Shown here: piece after piece, positions 50,450 through 61,455 of the stretch
Numbering within the stretch: position 1 is the stretch's first letter
How the letters are laid out: every line of letters begins with the position of its first letter
Source: Candidatus Latescibacterota bacterium
GTDB lineage: Bacteria; Latescibacterota; UBA2968; GCA-2709665
Length of the DNA stretch: 64,000 bases
Assembly: GCA_965237675.1 (NCBI GenBank)
Contig: OZ250150.1
Span: 1,152,001-1,216,000, forward strand
Reading direction: 5' to 3'
Notes under the pieces: generated by a model
What the model was told of the DNA's origin: nothing
Database searches by the model: none
The model's input: only the letters and a program-made list of their open reading frames with translations
Program-made: the position numbers and the translations under genes

Positions 50450-50611
50450 GTGAATTCTCGCACAAGAGGGTCTCGTTCATGATAAACGGGATTCGGCGGT
50501 TGTCAACGATAGAACGGGATGGATGTACTTGCCAAACGGCATATTCAGGACTTTATTAGGGATCTGACGGGAACGGCGTCAGTGGCGTACCCTCGTAGAT
50601 GAAAGGTGTCT

Positions 50612-51874
50612 ATGGCACGTCAAGTCGATAAGTTTCTGCTGATATCCGTCGACTGCCTTCGGTACGATGCGATGAGCCGGGTCAATAACCGGCTGAACAC
50701 GCCCAAATTCGACCTGTTGACCAGGGATTTTGCGTTCGGCGAGCGGTTTTTTGTGACGGCCCCGGCTACGCGCCCATCTCACACGTCCATGTTTACAGGG
50801 TTGTACGCGTTTGAGCACGGACTATGCGGCCAGACGTATTTGAAGATGTTCGCCGGGATCCCGAATCTATTTCGGCTATTCTCGGATGCGGGGTTTGAAA
50901 TCCATGGCCGGTCGGAGCGGACGGACGTGTTTAGGTTTCTGGACTATGAGCGGTTTATCGGACCCATGGATCCCCGTGCGAGGGAGCAGCATCTCGGTTC
51001 AATGGAAGATCTGTTGCATTCGGCGTTCGAAGGAGAGGATCGCCCCCGGTTTTGTTTTTTGCATTTCTGGTATACACATGGCGGGTACGGGGCGAGGGGG
51101 ATTCCCGGAACGCCGAATCTGAAAGCGCTGGTGGACGCGGGAAGGGTGGAGGAGGCGCTGCGGTTCTATTATGCGGCGGTGACGCACGTGCAGGAATTCT
51201 TACTCGTTGAGATTTTGAAGCGTGTGAATCTGGACGATTGGGCGGTGTTTATTCTAGGTGATCATGGAGAGGGGTTCTGCGAGGAGGTGATGGCGCACGG
51301 AGATCTCCTGCACGAAAATGTGATCCACGTTCCGCTGCTGGTATCCCTTCCCGGACACGACGGACTGAGATTGCCCGGGGGGCCACTGTCGACGATCGAT
51401 CTGTTCCCCACAATAGCCAACCTGGCTGGGCTCACCGTCGACTATCGGGGCCATGGCCGTGACTTGCTTGGAACCGATGATCCTTTCCGGTGTCGATGGG
51501 TATATTCGGAACTCGACAGCCTGTACGGCTTAGGATTCCTTAATCCGGGCAACCTGGAGGCGGCGCAGGAACAGGTGACTTCCCGTGTGGCGATGGATGG
51601 TGAAGAACTGAAACGGGACGTCGATGGTTTGCGTATGTGGTCGGTTACGGACGGACGGGTATTTTACAGAGAACGGGATGGCGGTGAGGATTATGTGCTG
51701 CGGGATGTGTTCAGCGGTGCGGACGTGCCGTGCAACGATCCCGGACCGTTCAGGGCTTCTCGGAACGAGATCTTGAACGGTTCGAATTACAAACACCTTC
51801 AGGCGCAGGAATCCACCCAGGCTGAGGCGAATCTTCTGGCCGCAAGGTTGAGAAACCTGGGATATATCGAATGA
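50612..51874 (+). CDS. Sulfatase-like hydrolase (alkaline phosphatase superfamily)
   Basis: ISVDCLRYD, TRPSHTSMFTG, GDHGE, HVPL, LRNLGYI. Confidence 0.85.
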   Translation: MARQVDKFLLISVDCLRYDAMSRVNNRLNTPKFDLLTRDFAFGERFFVTAPATRPSHTSMFTGLYAFEHGLCGQTYLKMFAGIPNLFRLFSDAGFEIHGRSERTDVFRFLDYERFIGPMDPRAREQHLGSMEDLLHSAFEGEDRPRFCFLHFWYTHGGYGARGIPGTPNLKALVDAGRVEEALRFYYAAVTHVQEFLLVEILKRVNLDDWAVFILGDHGEGFCEEVMAHGDLLHENVIHVPLLVSLPGHDGLRLPGGPLSTIDLFPTIANLAGLTVDYRGHGRDLLGTDDPFRCRWVYSELDSLYGLGFLNPGNLEAAQEQVTSRVAMDGEELKRDVDGLRMWSVTDGRVFYRERDGGEDYVLRDVFSGADVPCNDPGPFRASRNEILNGSNYKHLQAQESTQAEANLLAARLRNLGYIE

Positions 51875-51917
51875 AATAACGGAAATACCGCGGTTTCACT
51901 ACCACCGCCCGCGCCGT

Positions 51918-52757
51918 TCAGCCTCGAGAAGGCTCGTGCATTTCGGTGCGCGCCCTGGCGGCCAGACCGGCCAGGTGGCCGTCATGCGCAAGACCCTGTT
52001 CAAGGTGAATTTTACGCTCCGGACCCGCGGTTTTGACCATAGTTTCGCTGTACAAACGGTCGATCCAGAAGCGGGCGTGGGCAGAAATGTAATTCTTGAA
52101 GTCTTCGATACTGTCTTCCGGAAAGCGCTGTGAACAGTTGATGGTGAACATGCGTCTTCGCGGGCTGCCGCCGAATGCGGCGTGTTTTAGATTGTGGTTG
52201 AACACGGCGATATCGCCCGGACGCGTTTCCAGCGCGACCCCCGGAAGGAGGTCTTTGCCTTCCATTCCCCAGTTTCCCTCGGATTCGCGAACCTGCGCCT
52301 GGATGGTCCGGGCATACCCGTCTTCCAGGATGTGGCTGCCGGGGATGACACGTAGGCAGCCGGTGTTTCGGGTCAGCGCATCGAGGTAGAAGGCGATTTT
52401 GACAAAGGGAACGGTTTTGCCCCAGCCGTCCGAATGCCAGACCGTATCGCCGGCGTAATAGTTGCCGTCTGAACCGACGTAGTTGTAATCCGGTCCGAGC
52501 AGGTCGATGAGCAGGCCGTTGATGCGTGGATCGTCCAGCAGGGCACAGAGGCGTTCGTGCTGGTCGATAAACGGCACGATGCAGGAGCGCGTTTCACCAT
52601 CGTGCGGTTTTCCATGGTGACCGCCGCCTCGGTTCGTCCAGACTTGTTCAAACGCGGCAGTGATGTCTACGATGACGTCGGACACTAACCCAGGCAGGTG
52701 CAGGTAGCCGAAGGTGTCGAAAAAGGCGAGTTGCTGTTGAGTGAGCAGACTCGGCAT
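51918..52757 (-). CDS. Phytanoyl-CoA dioxygenase-family protein
   Basis: FDTFGYL, WHSD, GCLRVIPGSH, PGD, LKHAA. Confidence 0.88.
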   Translation of the reverse strand: MPSLLTQQQLAFFDTFGYLHLPGLVSDVIVDITAAFEQVWTNRGGGHHGKPHDGETRSCIVPFIDQHERLCALLDDPRINGLLIDLLGPDYNYVGSDGNYYAGDTVWHSDGWGKTVPFVKIAFYLDALTRNTGCLRVIPGSHILEDGYARTIQAQVRESEGNWGMEGKDLLPGVALETRPGDIAVFNHNLKHAAFGGSPRRRMFTINCSQRFPEDSIEDFKNYISAHARFWIDRLYSETMVKTAGPERKIHLEQGLAHDGHLAGLAARARTEMHEPSRG

Positions 52758-52936
52758 TTGGGCACCTCAATGGGAAGATTCGGGTTCAGACAGCTATCCC
52801 TGCCCGTTCTTCTCACAAGCAGTGATCGTTTGGCGTTCTTTGCGGAGTCGTTTCTTGTGTGGCAGATTAATTCGTACGGTATATTACAAATAGTAACGGA
52901 AGAACCGGGAACATGAAAGGCAAAAATTTACAGATA

Positions 52937-52994
52937 CAAGATTGTCGACTGATATAACGGGGAGGCAAGATTGTCGACTGATATAACGGGGAGG
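52937..52994 (+). repeat. Perfect 29-bp tandem duplication including the RBS
   Basis: CAAGATTGTCGACTGATATAACGGGGAGG at 52937-52965 and 52966-52994. Confidence 0.9.
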
Positions 52995-52998
52995 CAAT

Positions 52999-54015
52999 AT
53001 GTCGGTTCGGTTTGCTTTTGTTGGATTTCGTCATGCGCACATCCACGATCTTTACAGACGGGCGGCTGGTCGGGACGGCGTGGAGGTGGTGGCTGCCTGC
53101 GAACAGGATGAGGCAGCGAGGGCGGCTGCGGAACGGGCCGGGGTTGCGGTCACGCATTCGGATCCCGGCCAGATGTTGAACGAAGTGGATTGCGACGTGG
53201 TGGCCATTGGGGAGTATTTCGCGCGGCGGGGCGGGGCGGCGATTCACGCGTTGAACGAGGGCAAACATGTCATTGTGGATAAACCGCTCTGCACAAGGCT
53301 GGAAGAGGTGGACGAAATCGAACGCATCGCCAGCGAGAAGGATTTGAGAGTGGGGTGTATGTTGTCGATGCGGGATCACGGGCAGACAATCGGCGCAAGG
53401 AATATGATTCAGGAGGGAACCATCGGGGAGGTCCACGCGATTTCGTTCGGAGGGCAGCATCCGCTGATGCTGGGGTCGCGGCCGGGATGGTATTTTGAAG
53501 AGGACAAACACGGAGGCACGATTAACGATCTTGCCATTCATGCAATCGACTGTCTGCCGTGGATAACGGGTCGGCAGTTCGAAACTGTGAATGCCGCCAG
53601 GTGCTGGAATGCCTTTGCGCCGGAATTTCCGCATTTTCGAGATGGCGCGCAGATGATGTTGACAATGGATAACGGATGCGGCGTGCTGGGAGACGTGTCG
53701 TATTTCATGCCCGATAAAGGGGGATATTCTCTGCCGTTCTACTGGCGGTACACCTTCTGGGGGCGGGAGGGTGTGCTCGAGGCCGGTACCACGCAGGATA
53801 CGATTCAGATTGCGTGGAAGGATTCGGAGCGGGTGGAAACAAGATCGATACCGGAGGATCGGTCCGGAGGATATCTGGAGGCGTTCTTGAAGGATATCAG
53901 GGGCGAGGCGGAAGAGGAGGAACGGCACACCGAATCGGTGATTCACGCCGCGAGAACGGTGCTCAGGATTCAGAAGGCCGCTGATGAAAACCAACACGAT
54001 GTCGCTTTACGATAA
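52999..54015 (+). CDS. Gfo/Idh/MocA-family oxidoreductase
   Basis: GKHVIVDKP, GGTINDLAIHAID. Confidence 0.9.
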   Translation: MSVRFAFVGFRHAHIHDLYRRAAGRDGVEVVAACEQDEAARAAAERAGVAVTHSDPGQMLNEVDCDVVAIGEYFARRGGAAIHALNEGKHVIVDKPLCTRLEEVDEIERIASEKDLRVGCMLSMRDHGQTIGARNMIQEGTIGEVHAISFGGQHPLMLGSRPGWYFEEDKHGGTINDLAIHAIDCLPWITGRQFETVNAARCWNAFAPEFPHFRDGAQMMLTMDNGCGVLGDVSYFMPDKGGYSLPFYWRYTFWGREGVLEAGTTQDTIQIAWKDSERVETRSIPEDRSGGYLEAFLKDIRGEAEEEERHTESVIHAARTVLRIQKAADENQHDVALR

Positions 54016-54298
54016 ACGCCGCCGAAACCGCGGAACACAGGCCACCATTGTCAGGCGTGGACGTTTTTCGGCCGATAAATGAAACACAAATTGTGACCTT
54101 GCGGTCCAATCGATAAGCGTCCGCGACGTCGAACCCGGGTGCAAGCTCGCGGGCTGCGCCGTCGAACGGCGGAAGCCTGGGGTAAATCCGAGCCTCCCGC
54201 GTCGATGAACGAATTGGCGGACATACGACGGGATTTCTTTCACGGGTCTCCTCTTGTGTCCAACTGATATTGACTTGTCCATCGGCATTGTTTAATGT

Positions 54299-55243
54299 TT
54301 GAGGGATTCGGTGTCCGGCAGGTTACCAGGGATCAAGGAGTGTGCAGTGAGTTCCTTCGGGTGGAAATTGCGGGTCTGCTGCCTCGTATTCGTGTTCGGT
54401 TGGACCTGCCGGGTTGCGACGGCCGGAAAAGGAGCGGGGTTCGTGATGCTGCGCGAGGGGGTTGGCGCTCGCGCGGAGGCAATGGGCGGGGCTTATACGG
54501 CGGTAGTGGGCGACCAGACGGCGGCATCCTGGAATCCGGCCGGCATAGCGGCTCTGGAGGGCAGAGATTTTCTGGTCTCCCATCACAGTTCCTTTCAGGA
54601 AATCCAGCAGACCTATGGCGGGTGGGCTTATGGCAATACCCGATCCGGCGTGGCTCTGAGCCTGGGGATCTATTCGGTGGGTGGAATTGAGGCGAGGACC
54701 GGGCCATCCGCGCAACCACAGGGTACGTTTGGCATTTATGACATCAATGCGGGACTCTCGTATGCAAAGCGGATTAAAAAAGGATTTTACGCTGGCGCAA
54801 CCGTGCGAGCATTGCACGAGACGATCGGCCCGGAACGAGCTTCAGGGTTCAGCGTGGACCTCGGCGTACTCTACCGCTTCGGGAATGAGCGACTGACCGT
54901 GGGGGCAAGCTATCGGAACCTAGGGCGAATGGAGGCGCTGGATGTGCACAGAACCCCTCTCCCGGAGACGTTTCGTGCCGGAATTGCCTGGCAGGCGGGG
55001 CGATTGACGGGGTCTTTCGATCTGCGTGCGCCCAGGCACGGCCCCGCAGGAATGCATACGGGCCTGGAATTGCGCTTGAAGGGAGCGCTGTGGCTGCGGG
55101 CGGGGTACCGTTCGGGGAACGACATCCGCGACTGGTCGTTCGGGCTTGGGATTCAACCCGGCAGGTGCCGGATTGAATATGCCTATGTCCCGGCCGCACT
55201 GGGGTTGGCAGGTTCTCATCGCCTCGGATTGGGAATCAGGTAA
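54299..55243 (+). CDS. PorV/PorQ-family outer-membrane beta-barrel protein
   Basis: GARAEAMGGAYTAV, WNPAG, DLGVLY, LRAGY; start uncertain. Confidence 0.8.
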   Translation: MRDSVSGRLPGIKECAVSSFGWKLRVCCLVFVFGWTCRVATAGKGAGFVMLREGVGARAEAMGGAYTAVVGDQTAASWNPAGIAALEGRDFLVSHHSSFQEIQQTYGGWAYGNTRSGVALSLGIYSVGGIEARTGPSAQPQGTFGIYDINAGLSYAKRIKKGFYAGATVRALHETIGPERASGFSVDLGVLYRFGNERLTVGASYRNLGRMEALDVHRTPLPETFRAGIAWQAGRLTGSFDLRAPRHGPAGMHTGLELRLKGALWLRAGYRSGNDIRDWSFGLGIQPGRCRIEYAYVPAALGLAGSHRLGLGIR

Positions 55244-55271
55244 CCGGCATGGAATTCCCGTTCACGGCTGA

Positions 55272-56372
55272 TTGATCGCTTGCGGTACCGCCGGGGCACC
55301 GGATCGACAGGTGCCTGCTCGTACTGAACCATGGGAAACACAGCGGGTTTTTCGGAGGCTGAAATTTGGCCGACGGTGTGAACGATGGGGGGGGGCGTGG
55401 ACGATTCGAGAACGGGACACTAGAGACCGCATCTGGGTCAACGTGCTATTGTTCGCCTTGACCGCGTATACGACCACAACGGCGGGTGTGCACATGGCGG
55501 TTTCCATGCGCATGGCGGTTTCACCGGAGTCGTTGCCGCCGGACTTACTTTCAGCGGCGCTGTTCTGGAATCCGAAATATCTGATTCTGGGGCTTCCGTT
55601 TTCGGGAACACTACTTCTCATCCTGGGTATCCACGAGATGGGACACTATCTCACTTCTCGCCGCTGGATGGTGCGCGCGACCTTGCCCTATTTCATTCCC
55701 TTTCCTTCTATGATTGGTACGATGGGTGCGGTAATCAGGATCAAATCCCGCATTCCGAACCGGCGCGCGCTGATGGACATCGGGGCGTCCGGACCGCTTG
55801 CGGGCTTCGTTGTGGCCCTGCTTGCCCTTGTCGTGGGATTGCATCTGTCGGAAATCGTGCCCGTCTCGACGTTTGAGCGGGGTTCGATTTCACTGGGCAA
55901 TTCCATTCTGGCCGGCTGGCTGATGAATCTGGTTATCGGGGACCTTCCTGAAGGATTTGCGATTTACGATCATCCGATCTTCGTGGCCGGCTGGCTCGGT
56001 CTCTTTGTGACCGCGCTGAATCTGATGCCCGTGGGGCAGTTCGACGGCGGGCATATTGTGTATGCTTTCGGAGGAGCACGCGTTCACGCGCTGGTTTCGA
56101 AGGCGGCGTTGATCATTCTGGGTGCCCTGTGGGCGCTGGGGCCGCCGTATGACTGGTTGTACGCCCAATATGATTTTTCGACCTGGCTTGATACCCGGTG
56201 GCCGGGATGGCTGATCTGGATACTCATCGCGTTGGCGCTGGGCCGTCGGCATTCCACGCCGGACGACCCCCATTTGGTTCTCGATCCGTTTGGAAGACTG
56301 ATGGGATATGTTTCGCTGGTCATTTTCCTGCTTTGTTTTGTGCCAAGGCCCATCAGTTTTGCAATACCCTGA
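55272..56372 (+). CDS. Site-2 protease family (M50) membrane metalloprotease
   Basis: HEMGH, LPYFIP, SGPLAG, NLMPVGQFDGGH; the true start is probably further downstream. Confidence 0.88.
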   Translation: MIACGTAGAPDRQVPARTEPWETQRVFRRLKFGRRCERWGGAWTIRERDTRDRIWVNVLLFALTAYTTTTAGVHMAVSMRMAVSPESLPPDLLSAALFWNPKYLILGLPFSGTLLLILGIHEMGHYLTSRRWMVRATLPYFIPFPSMIGTMGAVIRIKSRIPNRRALMDIGASGPLAGFVVALLALVVGLHLSEIVPVSTFERGSISLGNSILAGWLMNLVIGDLPEGFAIYDHPIFVAGWLGLFVTALNLMPVGQFDGGHIVYAFGGARVHALVSKAALIILGALWALGPPYDWLYAQYDFSTWLDTRWPGWLIWILIALALGRRHSTPDDPHLVLDPFGRLMGYVSLVIFLLCFVPRPISFAIP

Positions 56373-56469
56373 ACAAATCAAGATCCCGCTTTGTATCCTC
56401 AGTCCCGAAATTCATCCTCAACAATTGACTCTTGATTGAATCGGTCTACACTACCGGCGCCGTTTCCGT

Positions 56470-57759
56470 GTGCCGCCTCGTTTTCCAATCGGCCTGACCC
56501 ATTCCGCTTTTTCTCACGTTCCTATGGCTAAGGTATCCGGCAGGCGCCCCGGCCTCCAGGGCCTGCAAAAACAGACCAGACGTTCTCGCCGGATGAAGAT
56601 GGCCCGACGACGCCGACGCATGTCGTTGCGCCTCTGGACCCTGGCATGTGTGCTGGTGTTGGTTGCCGGCGTGGCGGGATGGATGCAGTGGCGCACCTGG
56701 GAAGCCCTGCCGTATGAGCAGGAAATCGCGTTAAGTCAGCAGGTGCATTGGCGAACGCTTCCGGCGGGTCCGCTGGCGTTTGCAGATTCCGTGGCATCAC
56801 AGGCCCCCGGGGTTCTGAAGGGGCTTGGAGTTCCGGAACGGGTCGTGGGGACAAAGCGTTTGTCGGCTCGGGGCGATAGTACCACCCGCTGGGTCATGAC
56901 CTCCGATGTACCTGGCGAGTTGCCGTTGGCGGTCTGCAATCTGGAATTGACCCGGCTTGCACGGCGCCTGGGCGGAGAGGTAATCGAAGCCCGGGAGGAC
57001 CGTAGCGGCAACAGGCTATCGTTGTCCGTGGGCCTGGATGGCGCCCGCACCAATCTGATTAAGTTGAAACGAAATGCCAGGCTCGATCGAATGCCGGGCC
57101 AACTCGCCATTATCGTGAACGAATTCGCGACTCAGAACGAAGCGCTGATTCGAGGTTTCTGCGCGTTGAAACAGACGATTACGCTCTCGATTTTTCCAGG
57201 CTTCGACAAAACCGCCTGGATTGCCGAACAGGCGGCTGCGGCTGGGCACGGGGTCATGCTAAACATTGCGATGGAACCGTTGGATTATCCCAACCGCGAC
57301 CCGGGTCCAAACGCGGTGTTGGTGGACCATCCACCAGAAACAGTCAGGAAGCTGATTCGGATGGCGCGTGCGAACCTGCCTCAGGCAACGGGATTGAACA
57401 ACCATATGGGTTCGCGGTTGACGGCGGATCGGACCGCAATCGGCAGGGTATTGAAGGAGGTGGATTGCCTCGGTCTCTTCTTCGTGGATAGCTTCACGAA
57501 TCCGCGGTCGGTGGCCTATACGGTTGCAGAGGAGATGGGAATACCGACAGGCCGGAACTCGATGTTTCTGGAGCAGAAGATAACCCAGAAGTCGATCGAA
57601 CGATCCCTGGAGACCCTGGCGGAAATGGCCGGCATTTCCGGAACCGTGATCGGCATCGGACACGCAAAGCCAGCCACGCTGGCGGCGCTTGAACACATGC
57701 TGCCGGAACTGGAGAAACGCGGAATCGTATTCATCGATGCGAAGGAAGCTGTCAGGTGA
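56470..57759 (+). CDS. Divergent polysaccharide deacetylase family protein
   Basis: MEP, GLNNHMGS, FFVDS, IGIGH; N-terminal TM segment; start uncertain. Confidence 0.82.
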   Translation: MPPRFPIGLTHSAFSHVPMAKVSGRRPGLQGLQKQTRRSRRMKMARRRRRMSLRLWTLACVLVLVAGVAGWMQWRTWEALPYEQEIALSQQVHWRTLPAGPLAFADSVASQAPGVLKGLGVPERVVGTKRLSARGDSTTRWVMTSDVPGELPLAVCNLELTRLARRLGGEVIEAREDRSGNRLSLSVGLDGARTNLIKLKRNARLDRMPGQLAIIVNEFATQNEALIRGFCALKQTITLSIFPGFDKTAWIAEQAAAAGHGVMLNIAMEPLDYPNRDPGPNAVLVDHPPETVRKLIRMARANLPQATGLNNHMGSRLTADRTAIGRVLKEVDCLGLFFVDSFTNPRSVAYTVAEEMGIPTGRNSMFLEQKITQKSIERSLETLAEMAGISGTVIGIGHAKPATLAALEHMLPELEKRGIVFIDAKEAVR

Positions 57760-57825
57760 ACCATTAGCAAGATTTGTGGCGATGGGCACGGTCTGGATCT
57801 TACCCTGTTCGATACCCATTACCCG

Positions 57826-57854
57826 TTGACTTGCACGTGAACGCTTGGTATATT
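57826..57854 (+). promoter_or_regulatory. Sigma70-type promoter upstream of tgt
   Basis: TTGACT, 17 bp, TATATT. Confidence 0.65.
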
Positions 57855-57860
57855 GGGGCT

Positions 57861-59244
<1,384 letters not shown>

Positions 59245-59263
59245 AGCGGGAACATCTCTTCCC

Positions 59264-59626
59264 GTGCAATTTACATATCCGATTTCTTCAAGGAGGGTTC
59301 TTTTGTTTGGCGTAAGTGAAGCATTTGCTATGGGCGGCCAGGGGACAGAGGGGTCCCAGGCGGGATTTCTGGTGCAGATTTTCCCTTTGATTTTGATGGT
59401 CATCGTCGTTTATCTGTTGATCTTTCGCCCGCAGATCAAGAAGCAGAAGACGCAGCAGGCGATGATCGACGCACTGAAAAAGGGCAACAGAATCGTGACG
59501 TCCGGGGGAATTCACGGGACGATTGTCGGGGTGAAAGAACAGGCTGGCATTCTGGTCGTACAGATAGCCAAGGAAGTCCGCGTTGAGGTTTCCAGGGGAT
59601 CGGTTTCTCGGATTTTGGAAGAATAG
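59264..59626 (+). CDS. yajC: Preprotein translocase subunit YajC
   Basis: YLLIFRPQ, LKKGNRIVTSGGIHG; position after tgt. Confidence 0.93.
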   Translation: MQFTYPISSRRVLLFGVSEAFAMGGQGTEGSQAGFLVQIFPLILMVIVVYLLIFRPQIKKQKTQQAMIDALKKGNRIVTSGGIHGTIVGVKEQAGILVVQIAKEVRVEVSRGSVSRILEE

Positions 59627-59696
59627 TGATCCGGGACCGGATCCGGATGGGTGCCGCGGGACATTCGCGGAAACGGATCCCTGATCGGAGACTGTC

Positions 59697-60626
59697 TTGA
59701 AGCTGGTGTTTATGGGGACGCCCGATTTCGCGGTGCCGTCTCTGGAGCTACTGGCCAACCGCGGCCACGAGATCGCCGCGGTCGTGACCCGGCCGGATCG
59801 GGCGCAGGGGCGCGGACGGAAGCTCACGCCGCCGCCGGTGAAGGCGGCCGCCCATCGATTGGGGCTTCCGGTATTGCAACCGCACGCTCTGAACGCCCGT
59901 GATTTTCTGGTGCGGCTTCAGGGCCTCGACGCGGATCTTTTTGTGGTAGTCGCTTTTGTAATATTGCCATGGATCGTGCTGACAATACCAAAGGTCGGCT
60001 CGGTAAACCTGCATCCGTCTCTGTTGCCGAAATATCGGGGGGCGGCCCCGATCAACTGGGCGATTATCCGGGGAGAGACGGAAACAGGGATAAGCGTATT
60101 CCGCCTCACGAGGCGGGTGGACGCGGGGGATCTGCTGTTTCAGCAGGCTGTGGGGATCGACCCGGACGAGACGGCCGGAGAGCTTTCGGAGCGGTTGCGG
60201 ATATTGGGGGCGAATGCACTGGCGAACGTCGTCGAAGGGCTGGAAAGAGACGAATTGGCATCGAAGCCGCAGCCGAAAACCGGGGTCACCAGGGCGCCCC
60301 GGTTAGAGAAGGAGGACGGTCGGATCGACTGGACATGCAGGGCGGCTTCAATCCGCAATCTGGTTCGCGGAACCAACCCCTTTCCAGGGGCGTTTACGAC
60401 GTGGAGGGGTGAATATCTGAAGGTGCACCGGGCGGCGGTCGCCGACGGAACGGGGCTGCCCGGCGAGGTGGTCTTGGCAGATGGGAGAAAGGGATGTTTG
60501 GTAGCCGCCGGTGAAGGAGCCGTCGCACTTGAAGAAGTGCAACCGGCCGGCAAGGGGCGGATGAGCGGCGCCGAACTGGTGCGCGGGTATCGGATTGAAG
60601 CCGGCGAGGTTCTTGGGGATTCCTGA
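59697..60626 (+). CDS. fmt: Methionyl-tRNA formyltransferase
   Basis: FMGTPDFA, NLHPSLLPKYRGAAPI, DAGD. Confidence 0.96.
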   Translation: MKLVFMGTPDFAVPSLELLANRGHEIAAVVTRPDRAQGRGRKLTPPPVKAAAHRLGLPVLQPHALNARDFLVRLQGLDADLFVVVAFVILPWIVLTIPKVGSVNLHPSLLPKYRGAAPINWAIIRGETETGISVFRLTRRVDAGDLLFQQAVGIDPDETAGELSERLRILGANALANVVEGLERDELASKPQPKTGVTRAPRLEKEDGRIDWTCRAASIRNLVRGTNPFPGAFTTWRGEYLKVHRAAVADGTGLPGEVVLADGRKGCLVAAGEGAVALEEVQPAGKGRMSGAELVRGYRIEAGEVLGDS

Positions 60627-60693
60627 TAGTCATCACAGGATCCTTTTCTCAAGTCTATTCGGTGAAAAGTGAAGGGATTGATCATCAGGGAGG

Positions 60694-60896
60694 ACCTCTC
60701 CCCCCGGCCCCCTCTCCTGCAAGGAAAGGGGGAGTTGAACCAGGCGTTGTGCCAACACGGTTTTATATGAGCTCTGATTGAGCGGACCCATCACAATATT
60801 TCGCCTGGATTTTTTCATCAATCGAAATGGCTTCAGCCAATCTGACCGTTCATCAACCGATCGCAGTTCCCCCTTCCTCTCAGGAAGGGGGGTAGG
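60694..60896. repeat. Pair of CCCC(T)CTCC..GGAAGGGG hairpins bracketing a short gene relic
   Basis: Hairpins at about 60694-60734 and 60868-60896; the minus-strand relic MKKSRRNIVMG.. resembles DUF559 N-termini (inference). Confidence 0.45.
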
Positions 60897-60903
60897 TCTC
60901 GTC

Positions 60904-61008
60904 CGCCAAATCCGTCACAGACAGGTTTTTCTTCCGTTTCTCTAATCACCCGGAAGCTGTTTCTGCTTCCTGAAACTGCAATCCGTGACAATTCATGAAT
61001 GAATCAGG
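60904..61008 (+). mobile_element. IS1380 right-end remnant
   Basis: CGCCAAATCCGTCACAG..CGGAAGCTGTTTCTGCTTCC..ATTCATGAATGAATCAGG aligns with about 11014-11117. Confidence 0.8.
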
Positions 61009-61027
61009 TTAAAGAGGTGTCGCGTTT

Positions 61028-61387
61028 ATGTTTCCTCTTTTCTGGGACCCCACGCTGATTCTTGTGATTCCTGGATTCATCCTGGCGCTGTGGGCGCAGT
61101 TTAAGGTCAAGCGGACGTTCGCCAGATATGATGAATTCGGTTCCCGGAGCGGGTGGACCGCGGACCAGGTCGCCCGCGATATTCTGCGGCGGGGCGGTGT
61201 TTCAGTGAAGGTGGAGAACGTGGGCGGCAACTTGACCGATCATTACGACCCGAGAGACTATACCTTGCGGCTCTCCGACAGCACGTACGGTTCCCGGTCG
61301 CTTGCGGCCATCGGCGTCGGCGCTGGTGGCGGTGCTTCATCTGTTTCGGCTGTTGATCCTTTCCGGCCTTCTGGGCGGAAGCGATGA
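61028..61387 (+). pseudogene. Truncated YugP-like zinc metallopeptidase
   Basis: AQFKVK, GNLTDHYDPR, LRLS..YGSRSLAAIGV, then similarity stops just before the expected AAHExGH. Confidence 0.75.
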
Positions 61388-61455
61388 ATGAGAACCCCGC
61401 CGTTGAATGGGAACGGTAGCCTCAAAGCCGAGGTGTTTTTATCAGGAGGGAAGCA

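Noticed and set aside
54016-54298. Possible riboswitch or tRNA in this intergenic region
   Set aside because: Only weak hairpins, with no cloverleaf or recognisable aptamer motif.
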